Shown in pieces: positions 18,826-28,543 of a DNA stretch of 64,000 nucleotides. Source of the DNA: Thermodesulfobacteriota bacterium (GTDB lineage: Bacteria > Desulfobacterota > Desulfarculia > JACQYL01); assembly GCA_963675595.2 (NCBI GenBank), contig CAXXLZ010000001.1:1248001-1312000 (forward strand). The letters are read 5' to 3'. The notes below the pieces were generated by a model that had not been told where the DNA came from, ran no database searches, and was given only the letters and a program-made list of their open reading frames with translations. Positions within the stretch are counted from its first letter, which is position 1. Every line of letters begins with the position of its first letter. Both the position numbers and the translations under genes were made by a program.

Positions 18826-20737
18826 GCCTCCAACTCGGAAGCGGCTCATGGAAGCCGGTCACTGCGTGCACGAAACCGCTCACCGTTTGTGCGGCAACTT
18901 CTCTAAGGGGAAGAAAGATCATCTCACAAGGTCCGAGCGCCGTACTCCATCGTTCCAGGTAGTCGTAACGAAAGGCCGTCTCGTTTCCGCGCCGTGCATC
19001 GAAGTCTTCTCCGGCTATCGGACGAGTCACCGAGGATGCTTCATCCCACCCGGAAAAAAGCCTGAATACGGCGGGACGCCACCACACCGACCGTTGCGTG
19101 CGGTTTTCCACACGGTCCCAGAAAAGGACGACGGGCGGGTCCAAACACAGCAGAAGACTCCGGTGCAAAACGACTCGTTGTTTTCGACGTGAGCCGGTAA
19201 TTCGGTACGGCATTTTGCCGATACCCAACCTCCGCACCACTGGTTCCAGTCGAAAAAAAACAGCCGGTCGAGTCCGAAGCAATCGTGTGATTCGACCCTG
19301 CACAATGCGCCATGAGTTGACGCCGTGCAAAACCCCCGTCCCCTGTATCAGCGTTACTCCGTCCGCAGGCGTATCCACGGACACATCCCGCCACGTATAG
19401 GGATGGTGCGTTTTACCATCAACGATCAGAAGCGGAAGGAAACCCGGGCTCCTGATGGCTTCCCTGGGACGGGGAGGCGCCGGAGGAGGCGGAACCAGGT
19501 CTCGCCCCTTCACCCGGAAGGCATAAAGATTCATTCCCGAAAACCGGGGATCCAGCTCGAATTCCGGATAGGTCTCCCGGCCCTGAAGGGAAACCGCGAG
19601 ATGGACATCGCCGGAACGGCAGAGAACGAATCCGGCTTGCTCATAGACTCGGCATCCGGAAGCCGGAGTGATGTCGGCCCGATCCGTATCCAAGACCGTT
19701 TCTCCGCCAAGCGCGGGGTCCAAAAGCAAGGCGGCCGCTATGGCGTTATATACGGTATGGTGCATGTAGAAATCCCAGGATCCACGGTCTCTCCCTCTGG
19801 ATCCGGGATTCAGAGCCAGCGTGCCGTCTTCCGATTTCAACCCGCATAGATGGGACAAGATTCGTGGGATGATTGCTCTGATTTGGGCGCATGCTCCCTG
19901 ATTTTCCGGGTCTGGAAAATCGGACGTCCGAAGAACCAGGCCTTCCAGCGCGCAAAGAGCCGTGGCGGCCCCAAAAATACTGTGGTTGCTCCTGCCGTAA
20001 CAGGCGAATTTGCCGGAATCGTCGAACCACGGCAGCAACGCTTCGATGCCTTTTCGTGCGGCGATGCGCACCCGTTCGTCATTCAGCAATCCGAGACATT
20101 TCCACAGGAAGAAGCAGGTGGCCGCCTGATAGGCCGGCGGGGTCATTGGGCGCGTAGACTCGGATTCATTCTTTCGCGGGAAGTCGGAAAAGAGGCCGTC
20201 GGAGTCCTGCCAAGCGAGAGTCTCCCGGAGGAGCACTCCCCTCGCCTGCGTCGAGAATTCGGGCCGTTTTCTCAAATGTCCGAGGAGAAGCAGATCCAGG
20301 GCCTTCAGAGTGATCCAGTTATTCCCGTGCGGCGTGAAAGGACCTGAATCGAACCGTGGCTCAATGAGCCCGTCCAGCTTACCACCAATGGAGGCACGGA
20401 CGCTCGATGGCAGAGCATCGACGCCGTCCAGTTCCAGTCTCGCCGAAATCAAGGCGAACTGAACGAATTCCCGATGCCCTTTCCTCTGCTCCGGAAGAGC
20501 GATCAGATAGTCGAGTACTCTCTCCGGATGGGAAAGGAATTCCGTTTCACCGGTTCGGGCGATGAGACGCAGGATCGCCAAAACGTAGAAGGCGTGCGCG
20601 CAGTTCCCGTCGGGAGTGGGCGCTTCATCCCAATGGTCGAACAAGGTACCGGAAGGAAGCAGGCTGTCGGATAGGCCGCGGCAGATGCCCTCTCCCAAAC
20701 CACTCCTGGAACCGGTCGTTTCCGAGGGAGTCCGCAA
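18728..20737 (-). CDS. Hypothetical protein of glycan locus, possible alpha/alpha-toroid (heparinase/DUF2264-like) enzyme
   Basis: 669-aa ORF at the end of the operon; NNW, GLFSDFP...AYQA and YGRS motifs. Family assignment weak. Confidence 0.5.
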   Translation of the reverse strand: MRTPSETTGSRSGLGEGICRGLSDSLLPSGTLFDHWDEAPTPDGNCAHAFYVLAILRLIARTGETEFLSHPERVLDYLIALPEQRKGHREFVQFALISARLELDGVDALPSSVRASIGGKLDGLIEPRFDSGPFTPHGNNWITLKALDLLLLGHLRKRPEFSTQARGVLLRETLAWQDSDGLFSDFPRKNESESTRPMTPPAYQAATCFFLWKCLGLLNDERVRIAARKGIEALLPWFDDSGKFACYGRSNHSIFGAATALCALEGLVLRTSDFPDPENQGACAQIRAIIPRILSHLCGLKSEDGTLALNPGSRGRDRGSWDFYMHHTVYNAIAAALLLDPALGGETVLDTDRADITPASGCRVYEQAGFVLCRSGDVHLAVSLQGRETYPEFELDPRFSGMNLYAFRVKGRDLVPPPPAPPRPREAIRSPGFLPLLIVDGKTHHPYTWRDVSVDTPADGVTLIQGTGVLHGVNSWRIVQGRITRLLRTRPAVFFRLEPVVRRLGIGKMPYRITGSRRKQRVVLHRSLLLCLDPPVVLFWDRVENRTQRSVWWRPAVFRLFSGWDEASSVTRPIAGEDFDARRGNETAFRYDYLERWSTALGPCEMIFLPLREVAAQTVSGFVHAVTGFHEPLPSWRPIPRGLRVELEKPGRAIDIFARSSVPRERHLP

Positions 20738-20743
20738 AGTCCT

Positions 20744-21850
20744 TCACCAAGATCCGATTTTCCGGTTGATGAAGGGCATGGAGCAGGCGCCGCGGCGAAG
20801 GCGGGGAGCGTGGTATCGTACCAGGGCTCTCGGAAGGGCGAGCCAGGGCCTGAGTGTGGGAAACCGTCCACTTTCGGCTTCTCGGTCTTCTACGGGCACC
20901 GAGCAGACGGCGCAAGGCTGCGGCAGTCCCTGGGAGGGGTCCAGAAGCCGCCTTCTCAAGTCACGCATTCGCGGGCCGTTCCAGACTTCATCCAGCGATT
21001 GTTCGTTAAGGTCCCCCGCGACGTATTCGTTTCGATAGTCCTGAAAACAGGCGGCCGCCTTTCCGTCCCAGGACACGAACAGCCCGGTGAAAGGCCTCAG
21101 ACAGGCACGGGAATAAACGGCACTGCGAGAGGATTCGATGGCTTTCCGCGATATGCCGCCGACTTCCGCCAGGTCGTTCACATAAGAACCCGTGGCGTGA
21201 ATGGGAGAAACGAAAATCCGATCCACGGGCAGCCCCCTGAAGCGATCCAGAAAAGCGGGGTCCGGGTCCGGATCGTAAGCACGGTCTTCGAATACCCTGA
21301 GGATCTTGACGGCCACCATGGGCCGGGAAAGGCCGAGCCTTTTCTTGAGCTCAAGAAATCCGAGAATATTTGCAAGAGTTTTCTCGTAACTTGCACCGAC
21401 ATGGGACTTTTCGTACTCTTCAGGAAATTCGCTGTCAAAACTGATCATCAGATTATCCAGCCCACTTTCGAGCAGAGCACGGGCACGGCCTCCCCGAAGC
21501 AGGGTGGCGTTGGTGTGCAGAAATGTTTGTGGAATTCCCGCTTGTTTTGCTTTGTGGATCCATGCGGGCAGTCGAGGATGCAATAATGCTTCTCCGCATC
21601 CGTTGAGCGTCAGATGAAACACACGGCCCGCGGCTTGTTCGAGGATTCTTAGGTAGAGCTCCTCCGTCATGGAACCCAACGGCCGGTTCAGTCCGTAATG
21701 ATGAGCGCACTTGACGCACCGGAGATTGCATCGGTTGGTGGACTCTACCCATAGTGAGACGGGTGGGACGCAACGCGTGCGTCCGTTCCGGAAACGCCTG
21801 TACGCCGAGTGGTTTCGGTAAAGATATTGCACGGTCTTCAGCAATTCCAT
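20744..21850 (-). CDS. Radical SAM protein with SPASM/twitch domain
   Basis: ESTNRCNLRCVKC, GEALLH, TNATLL; C-terminal CLRPF...AACFQD...CAVC. Confidence 0.92.
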   Translation of the reverse strand: MELLKTVQYLYRNHSAYRRFRNGRTRCVPPVSLWVESTNRCNLRCVKCAHHYGLNRPLGSMTEELYLRILEQAAGRVFHLTLNGCGEALLHPRLPAWIHKAKQAGIPQTFLHTNATLLRGGRARALLESGLDNLMISFDSEFPEEYEKSHVGASYEKTLANILGFLELKKRLGLSRPMVAVKILRVFEDRAYDPDPDPAFLDRFRGLPVDRIFVSPIHATGSYVNDLAEVGGISRKAIESSRSAVYSRACLRPFTGLFVSWDGKAAACFQDYRNEYVAGDLNEQSLDEVWNGPRMRDLRRRLLDPSQGLPQPCAVCSVPVEDREAESGRFPTLRPWLALPRALVRYHAPRLRRGACSMPFINRKIGSW

Positions 21851-21853
21851 GTT

Positions 21854-22903
21854 CTAGACACCGTCCCGAGGAGACCACGCTCTCCTTTTTCGCTTGGTGG
21901 AATTTTCTTGGCGGACCATACGGTTCTTCCTCATCCAATCCGCCAGCCGGCGTATGCCCGTCGCGGGATCCACCTTGGGTTCAAAGCCGAGTTCGAGTCG
22001 CGCACGTCCAATATCATAGTAGCGATCACGGGTTGCCAAGTCCAACTGAAGCGTGGTGGGCAGGGATCCCACTCCCGGAAGACGGAGCCCGGTCCGACTA
22101 CGGATATGGTACGCCGCATCCCCGACCATCGCAGGGCCGCGCAGCGCCCAGACGGGAATCGGCAGGCACGCTCCCCGCAATCCGAGAGCGGCCCTTATTT
22201 CGAAAACCAGTTCCTCCAAGGTGCAGGGCCTTGGACCGGCCAGGAGATGGCTTCCACCGTCGGACCTTCCGTGAATAGCGGCCAGGAGCAAACCTTCCGC
22301 CACGTCGGACAGCTCCACGAGATGCAGGCGGTTCTTTCCGTTTCCCGGAAACACGCCAAAACGGCGGGAGCACAAACGGGTCAAACCCACGGCGAAGCCG
22401 GAAGACTCACCGGGACCGTAAACCATGGCGGGCCGCACAATGCACGCCGGCAGCCCGAGTTTCCTCACGGCGCGCAGGACCACCCTCTCTCCCAGGAGTT
22501 TGGAAAAATGATAACGCCCAACGGGATTCATGGGCGAGGATTCTCGGATGGGAAGCCGGGACGGCCAACCGTGCACGCCGACACTGCTCACATGGACGAA
22601 TTTCCGGGCTTCCGAACGCAGGGCCAACTCGATCACACGTGAGGTGAGGACCACGTTGGCGCGAACGTAATCCACCAATGGTTTGGGTTCTTTCTCCCTC
22701 AGTCCCGCCAAGTGAACCCATATGGCGTGAGCCGGCAAATCGCGTGCTTCCGGTTGCTTATCATTGGAAAATGCATAGTCCTCCGGCCGTACCCTCAGCT
22801 TCACCACCGGGAACCCGTTTCGGGTCAGTCGGTCGCAAAACGCCGCACCGATGAATCCCGAAGCCCCCGTGACCACGAAAACCGTGTTATCGGAAGATTT
22901 CAT
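21854..22903 (-). CDS. NAD-dependent epimerase/dehydratase
   Basis: VTGASGFIG, HLAG, HVSSVGVHG, YHFSK, RPAMVYGP. Start placed at ATG 22903. Confidence 0.9.
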   Translation of the reverse strand: MKSSDNTVFVVTGASGFIGAAFCDRLTRNGFPVVKLRVRPEDYAFSNDKQPEARDLPAHAIWVHLAGLREKEPKPLVDYVRANVVLTSRVIELALRSEARKFVHVSSVGVHGWPSRLPIRESSPMNPVGRYHFSKLLGERVVLRAVRKLGLPACIVRPAMVYGPGESSGFAVGLTRLCSRRFGVFPGNGKNRLHLVELSDVAEGLLLAAIHGRSDGGSHLLAGPRPCTLEELVFEIRAALGLRGACLPIPVWALRGPAMVGDAAYHIRSRTGLRLPGVGSLPTTLQLDLATRDRYYDIGRARLELGFEPKVDPATGIRRLADWMRKNRMVRQENSTKRKRRAWSPRDGV

Positions 22904-23642
22904 AAACCAGGTAGCGATGGTGAGCCCAAAGGCTTTTGAATTTCTCCGGAAAGCCGTCTTCAAGGAAAGAAAGTCGGCGCACGATGGTCTTCTGAGACGG
23001 CGCTTCGCCCTTCAGAAAATCCAGGGTACTCCATCTCCAGACGCGAGACCGTCGCCCGACGTTCCCCGGAAGCCGCTCCTTGATCGCAAATCCCGTATCG
23101 GGCCAAGGAGGACAATCCAGAAATCCCTGTTCCACGACTGCACCCGGCAATTGTTCCAGGATCCGCAAAACATGGCCGAAGGGCAATCCTCCGCCTTTCT
23201 TGTTGAGGCCCATTTTGTGACACACGCTCTCATTGGGCTGAATGATCAGCAGTATCCTCCCGCAAATGCGGTACAGGTCGCGTACGGTTTTCTCCGCGTC
23301 GCTACCCTGCCCCACTCCGTGGAAACTCAAAACAATATCAAAAGCCCCGTCCCTGAACGGTAGAGGCGGCTCGGATTGTGTCACCAAAACCGTACCTCTC
23401 AGAAGCCTCCACAGGCGTGCGGCTTCTTGTGCCGTTCGGTACGATGGATCCGCCTGCACCACGGGGATTCCCCGAGAGACGAACCGCACGGGATTGGGTC
23501 CCGAAAGACCGGACATTCGCCCCAAAGGCGTTTCGAGCACCGAGCGGAAGCGATATTTTTCATCCAACCGGTCAATGAGCTTCCAAAGCCTGTGACGTTC
23601 GTATACGGTGCCCAGCCCCTCTTCACGTTCCAAGAGGTCCAT
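22887..23642 (-). CDS. SAM-dependent methyltransferase-like protein
   Basis: LPFRDGAFDIVLSF motif; EGLGTVYER and DCPPWPD segments. Start ATG 23642 lies just after the upstream stop. Confidence 0.6.
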   Translation of the reverse strand: MDLLEREEGLGTVYERHRLWKLIDRLDEKYRFRSVLETPLGRMSGLSGPNPVRFVSRGIPVVQADPSYRTAQEAARLWRLLRGTVLVTQSEPPLPFRDGAFDIVLSFHGVGQGSDAEKTVRDLYRICGRILLIIQPNESVCHKMGLNKKGGGLPFGHVLRILEQLPGAVVEQGFLDCPPWPDTGFAIKERLPGNVGRRSRVWRWSTLDFLKGEAPSQKTIVRRLSFLEDGFPEKFKSLWAHHRYLVYEIFR

Positions 23643-23644
23643 GC

Positions 23645-24841
23645 TCACAGTTTCCTCGACCGGCCCATACTCAGGGCGGCCAATTGAACCACGGCGCGGG
23701 GATCGAGCACCATACCGGTGAAAAACGCATTGGCCATATGACAGGAACATGCCGCCGTTTCCAACATCCTGCGCGTTTGTCGGGCTCGGACCCCATTCCA
23801 CAGTTGCGAAAAGTCGAAATTGTGCTCGGACAATCGGCCCATGGGGTCACCCCGAACACAGCAGGCCGAAACGGCCCCATCGGCATCCACGTGGGCGGAG
23901 AGCCTCCCCGCCCTGCACGGCGGGCGTTTTATTCCTCCGCGGAAGGCTCCGAGCATGAAAGAATAATAGAACAGTCGGGCCGCCCTGGACAATCGTACGA
24001 CCCCTCGGGCTTCAGCCCTTTCGAGGTCTCGGATGAGAAACGGCATCACTTGCCTGAGTTCGCGGTCTTCAGGTACGGATTCAAAGCCCTGGTTGGCCAG
24101 CTCCCAGCGCTCTTGCGCGGGCTCCACAATGAGTTGGTCCGCCCCCAGTTGCCGAAGTCTAGGGAGAATCGAAGGAAGGCGATGAAGGTTCAACCTCGAA
24201 ATCACCAGGTGAACGCCCACGTTGAGGTTATTCGGCGCCTCACGCTTGAGATTTCTCACCAGAGAAGAGGCTGCTCGGAATACTCCCTCTTTTCCCCGGA
24301 TTTGGTCGTGAAGCTCACCGACTTCATCCAAAGAGACATTCACAGTGAAGGCGGTTTTCGGATGTTTCAAAGCCAAGCCGCGCATGATTTCCCCGGTTCG
24401 GGGAACCGTTCCGTTGGTGGCGACATTTACCAGCACGGGGCGGCAAGTTGCGCAGAATTGTGAAATGATCTCCCGGAGGTCTTCTCTGAGAAAGGGTTCC
24501 CCACCGGTGAAGGTGATCCACGGGACCCCGAGCTTCAGAGAGGCGGCCAGTCGGGACAGTTCGTCCGGCGACAGGTCCGATCCTCTCCGTGTGTGGATTC
24601 CACAGGTGGGGCACGTGAGGTTGCACCGACGTGTCACGCTCACCGTCAGACTGAGAGGCAAAGGAGTCCATGCCGAATTGAGGAAAACGGCGTGGCGGAC
24701 AATCTTGCGGCTCAATCCGAGGATGCGTGGGATGAGATGTAGAGACGGCGTTTGGATGAGTCGATCCTCCGCCACACCTTGTGAGATCGGCCCCTTGTCA
24801 GATCCAACCATCCCAGGAAACGGGCCCAACCTTCCAAGCAT
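23645..24841 (-). CDS. Radical SAM protein with C-terminal Cys cluster
   Basis: VTRRCNLTCPTC, TGGEPFLR, TNG, HDQIRG, CRAG...ACC...CSC. True start probably downstream of 24841. Confidence 0.88.
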   Translation of the reverse strand: MLGRLGPFPGMVGSDKGPISQGVAEDRLIQTPSLHLIPRILGLSRKIVRHAVFLNSAWTPLPLSLTVSVTRRCNLTCPTCGIHTRRGSDLSPDELSRLAASLKLGVPWITFTGGEPFLREDLREIISQFCATCRPVLVNVATNGTVPRTGEIMRGLALKHPKTAFTVNVSLDEVGELHDQIRGKEGVFRAASSLVRNLKREAPNNLNVGVHLVISRLNLHRLPSILPRLRQLGADQLIVEPAQERWELANQGFESVPEDRELRQVMPFLIRDLERAEARGVVRLSRAARLFYYSFMLGAFRGGIKRPPCRAGRLSAHVDADGAVSACCVRGDPMGRLSEHNFDFSQLWNGVRARQTRRMLETAACSCHMANAFFTGMVLDPRAVVQLAALSMGRSRKL

Positions 24842-25620
24842 ACGGCTGCGGGCGCTACCGCAGGTAATCCTTCAGGATGTTCTTTAAGTTCTTCCTTGAG
24901 GGCGACGAGAATCCGGAATAAGCCGGTGGTCGATACCCGATAACCGGTCCGTTTTTCGAGCTCGGCATGGCCGAATTGGATTCGCCTCCGTTGCTCTATG
25001 AAATCGCGAACGGTGGTGGGGCCATGATTGAACACGACTGCTTGCGGAACGTAAACGAGCTTGAGACCTCGTGCAACGTGAAGCTGTTCCAGACAGGCCT
25101 CGTCCACACAAGTATTCTCATCCAAATGAACGATGGCGTCTTTGAAGGCGATGATTTCACCGAGCTTTGGATCTCCGTGAGCCAGTCGGTGGTGAAGCCT
25201 CCACTGAAGATGCACCACCCGGTTGATAAGACCCACATGCGGATTAAGGGGCACGGGTCTTCCTCCGGTCATGCCCACCTTGGGATCCGCCAGGGGCTCC
25301 GTCAGTCGCGCAACGGCATCTCGAGGAAGGAGAAGGTCCGCACCCAGCACGATACGAATCTTCTCTTCCGCGTGCTTCAGAAATAGATTGATTGCGGTCG
25401 CTTTGCCCGATCGGGTCGGCTGTACCAGGACTTGAATCCGGGAGTCCTGTTGCGCGATCTCTTGGACCGCCGCGATGGTGCCGTCGGTACACCCGCCCGC
25501 CACAACCAGTATTTGGGAAATCCTTCCCGCGGGGATCCGCTGATCAAGAAGCGACCGTAGGAGACTTCGTATGTTTTGTTCTTCGTTGTGCGCCATGACT
25601 CCGACGCTTATGTACCGCAT
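24712..25620 (-). CDS. Glycosyltransferase family 2
   Basis: ISVGVMAHNEE, GCTDGT, GKATAIN, DEA, QRRR. Confidence 0.88.
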   Translation of the reverse strand: MRYISVGVMAHNEEQNIRSLLRSLLDQRIPAGRISQILVVAGGCTDGTIAAVQEIAQQDSRIQVLVQPTRSGKATAINLFLKHAEEKIRIVLGADLLLPRDAVARLTEPLADPKVGMTGGRPVPLNPHVGLINRVVHLQWRLHHRLAHGDPKLGEIIAFKDAIVHLDENTCVDEACLEQLHVARGLKLVYVPQAVVFNHGPTTVRDFIEQRRRIQFGHAELEKRTGYRVSTTGLFRILVALKEELKEHPEGLPAVAPAAVCLEGWARFLGWLDLTRGRSHKVWRRIDSSKRRLYISSHASSD

Positions 25621-26341
25621 ACGATAGGAAGCTCCATCGGGGGAATTGAAGCGCGAGGACCAGGCGGACCGCTTCAAGGATCATCCCCGTGTTGAGTTTG
25701 GAATTTCCCCTGACCCGGTCCACGAAGCGGATGGGGACCTCTCTCATCCGGAACCCTCTTCGGCGGGCGAGGTAATTCACCTCCACTTGAAATACATATC
25801 CCAAGGACTGGAGGTTCTCCAGATCAATGGCCTCGAGTACTTCCCTGCGAAAACACTTGAAACCCGAGGTCGCATCCGTGCAATAGTCGCCGGTGACGCT
25901 GCGGACGAACCAGGTGGCCATCTTACTGAGTGCCAGGCGATAAGGGGCCCAGTTTACGGTGCCGCCTCCGGTAATATACCTGGAACCCACGACGAAATCG
26001 CAACCTTCCAATGCGTTCAACAGGTCGGGAATCTGAGAGGGGTCGTGGGAAAAGTCTGCGTCCATCTGGATGATCTTACGGTAGCCCGCGTCCAACACCC
26101 GTTTGAAAGCTTGAGCATAGGCACGGCCCAGTCCGGTCCTCCAAGGACGATGAAAGACTCGCACGTGGGGAAGTCTTTCGGCGATTTGATCCGCCAGTTC
26201 CCCCGTGCCGTCGGGTGAACGGTCGTCCACGATAAGCACGTCCAGCGGGAGTTCCAATCGTGAAACGGCCTCCACGATGGGAACCAGGTTCGCCCTCTCA
26301 TTGAACGTCGGAATAACCACGACCGTGTCGTTGATTCTCAG
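25544..26341 (-). CDS. Polyprenol monophosphomannose synthase (Ppm1/DPM1-like GT2)
   Basis: VIPTFNE, VDDRSPDGT, GLGRAY, QMDADFSHDP, GSRY, DATSGF, FVDRVRGNSK. Start extended to an in-frame CTG behind AGGAGG. Confidence 0.9.
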   Translation of the reverse strand: MRINDTVVVIPTFNERANLVPIVEAVSRLELPLDVLIVDDRSPDGTGELADQIAERLPHVRVFHRPWRTGLGRAYAQAFKRVLDAGYRKIIQMDADFSHDPSQIPDLLNALEGCDFVVGSRYITGGGTVNWAPYRLALSKMATWFVRSVTGDYCTDATSGFKCFRREVLEAIDLENLQSLGYVFQVEVNYLARRRGFRMREVPIRFVDRVRGNSKLNTGMILEAVRLVLALQFPRWSFLSYAVHKRRSHGAQRRTKHTKSPTVAS

Positions 26342-26531
26342 AGTCGCCTCCTGCGCGCATCGAAATGTTGTGATCGTTCGATCGCCTAGTTACATAGTAT
26401 ACCTAAAAGAACGTGATAGGAAGGGTGTCAAGTTGACTTGCTCGCCGAACCTTTGTACAAGCCGGCATGTAACCCTTCCAACATTGGCGACTTCGGGGCG
26501 ATATTAGACCGGAACCGGCCGAACGACCTTT

Positions 26532-27875
26532 GTGGGCGGTGGGGTGCCGAACGTCCTCGTCCCTTCCCTGGGGTTTTCGGTCGGGGCAAACTTAAGCCGT
26601 GGAGGATATTTCCAAAGCCGTATGGGCCACCCGGAAGTACATAGCCTCCTCACCATCGGCCTTTTGCTCGTTGTGGGACACCTTTGCGGGCTGGCGGCAA
26701 ACGCGGTGAAATTGCCGCGAGTCACGGGATACATTACTGCAGGTCTTCTTCTGTCGCCCACCGTCACCGGACTTCTCGCAAGGCACCGGGTCGAATCTCT
26801 CCTCCCCTTGATCACCGACATGACGCTGGGCATCATAGCCTTCGCCATCGGAGCCAGCCTTCTGGTCTCTCGAGTACGCGCGTTGGGCAAGTCCATTCTC
26901 TGGATTACCCTCACCGAAAGCGTCGGGGCCCTGTTGCTGTCGTCCCTTGCTTTGTGGCTCGCGGCTCCGGCTTCACCATTGCTCAGCAGCCACGGCAGCG
27001 GAACCCTGCTCGGCATGATTCTCGTGGTGGGCGCGGTGTCCGTCCCCACCGCGCCGGCCGCCGTGCTGGCCGTGGTGCACGAAATCCGAGCCGATGGTCC
27101 CGTTACTACGACTCTGTTGGGGATCGTGGCCCTGGACGACGCTTTGGGCCTGATGCTGTTCTCCGGGACGGTCGCCGCCGCAACGCTTCTCGGCGAAGTG
27201 TCGGGCCCAACCCAAGTAGGGGCCGTGACGGTGCTGAAGGAAATCTGCGGAGCCGTCATCAGCGGAGCCATCGGGGGATTGATTCTTGAGCGGGTGATAC
27301 GAACCGCAAGACGACCCGAAGTGCACCTGGTCGCAGTGCTGGGATTTGTCTTCCTGCAGGTGGGATTTTGCACCATGTATGGGATTTCGCCTCTCTTGGC
27401 GAACATGGTCATGGGGTTCACCATCACCAATCGAATGCAGCATGCGGACGAATTGCTTCAACAGATGGAGATTCTGGAAGAGCCCATGTACTGCCTGTTT
27501 TTCGCGCTTGCAGGTGCACATTTCAATCTCGGAGTCCTGACTTCCTCGATTATTCTCACCATAGCCTTGCTGGTGGGCAGGTTTGCGGGTAAGATTCTGG
27601 GCACGGTTGCCGGTGGAAAGATATCCCATGCTCCGGCTCAAGTCAGAAAGTACCTGGGTTTGACTCTTCTGCCACAGGCCGGGCTTTCTTTGGGACTGAT
27701 CTTTCTGGCCAGACCCGTGCTTCCGGAAGGCGTGTACGACGTCCTGCTCAACGCCATGCTCGCCTCGATCATCCTAAACGAATTTATCTCCCCGCCCCTG
27801 CTTAAATGGGCCATCGGGTCGGCGGGAGAAAGCGGAACCTCCTCCAATAATCGCACTTTTCCAACGAGCTGTTGA
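26532..27875 (+). CDS. Cation:proton antiporter (CPA2, Kef-like membrane domain)
   Basis: LPRVTGYI, TAPAAVLAV, ALDDA, FFALAG, GRFAGK, LLPQAG. Start uncertain. Confidence 0.9.
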   Translation: MGGGVPNVLVPSLGFSVGANLSRGGYFQSRMGHPEVHSLLTIGLLLVVGHLCGLAANAVKLPRVTGYITAGLLLSPTVTGLLARHRVESLLPLITDMTLGIIAFAIGASLLVSRVRALGKSILWITLTESVGALLLSSLALWLAAPASPLLSSHGSGTLLGMILVVGAVSVPTAPAAVLAVVHEIRADGPVTTTLLGIVALDDALGLMLFSGTVAAATLLGEVSGPTQVGAVTVLKEICGAVISGAIGGLILERVIRTARRPEVHLVAVLGFVFLQVGFCTMYGISPLLANMVMGFTITNRMQHADELLQQMEILEEPMYCLFFALAGAHFNLGVLTSSIILTIALLVGRFAGKILGTVAGGKISHAPAQVRKYLGLTLLPQAGLSLGLIFLARPVLPEGVYDVLLNAMLASIILNEFISPPLLKWAIGSAGESGTSSNNRTFPTSC

Positions 27876-27878
27876 GAA

Positions 27879-28349
27879 ATGATCATCAAGAACGTGGTTG
27901 AATCCATCGGAAACCGGGAAATTCCCTTCGTACGATCCGGCAGTGATATAGATGAAGTGATCGACGTGATGGTGCGTTCATGCCACACGCGAATCGTTTA
28001 CGTTTTGGACGAAGAAGACCGGCTGCTGGGATACATTGAAATCGGCAGTCTGCTGAGGCATCTTTTCCCTCACCTTTATGAAGGGAAAATCCACTCTCAC
28101 GGCCTGCTGCGAAGAATCACGGTGGAGACCGCGGAACAGTTGATGACAAAAGCCAAGCTTACCGCGGGACTCGACGAGACGGTGGACGAGGTCCTGCAAC
28201 GAATGGCTCTCACCGGAAAAAAGGAAATCGCCGTTCTTGACGCGGAAGGTAGGATTCTTGCCGACATCAATGCGGTGGACCTGCTGCGCTATTTTCATTT
28301 GGATCATTGCAGGTCCGGGCTTCGACAGGCTGAAACGGAGGCTATCTAA
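27879..28349 (+). CDS. CBS-domain protein
   Basis: Tandem CBS pattern (VYVLDEEDRLLG; IAVLDAEGRILA); adjacent to the antiporter. Confidence 0.85.
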   Translation: MIIKNVVESIGNREIPFVRSGSDIDEVIDVMVRSCHTRIVYVLDEEDRLLGYIEIGSLLRHLFPHLYEGKIHSHGLLRRITVETAEQLMTKAKLTAGLDETVDEVLQRMALTGKKEIAVLDAEGRILADINAVDLLRYFHLDHCRSGLRQAETEAI

Positions 28350-28543
28350 ACCGGGGCGGGCGGCGAAGGTCGGGGTTGCTCGAAACCCTTATCGCCCAAA
28401 TCACTTGCCTCGACCCTGAGATTGCCCTATTCTCGTTGCCTTACCGGTTCTCTCAGGTCCGGAGACGGCCGGCTTGGCAGCCCCCCCGACCCCATTCCCG
28501 GTCCTTCCCAGTGTCGGGCCGGCAACACCGAACAGGCTTGCGG

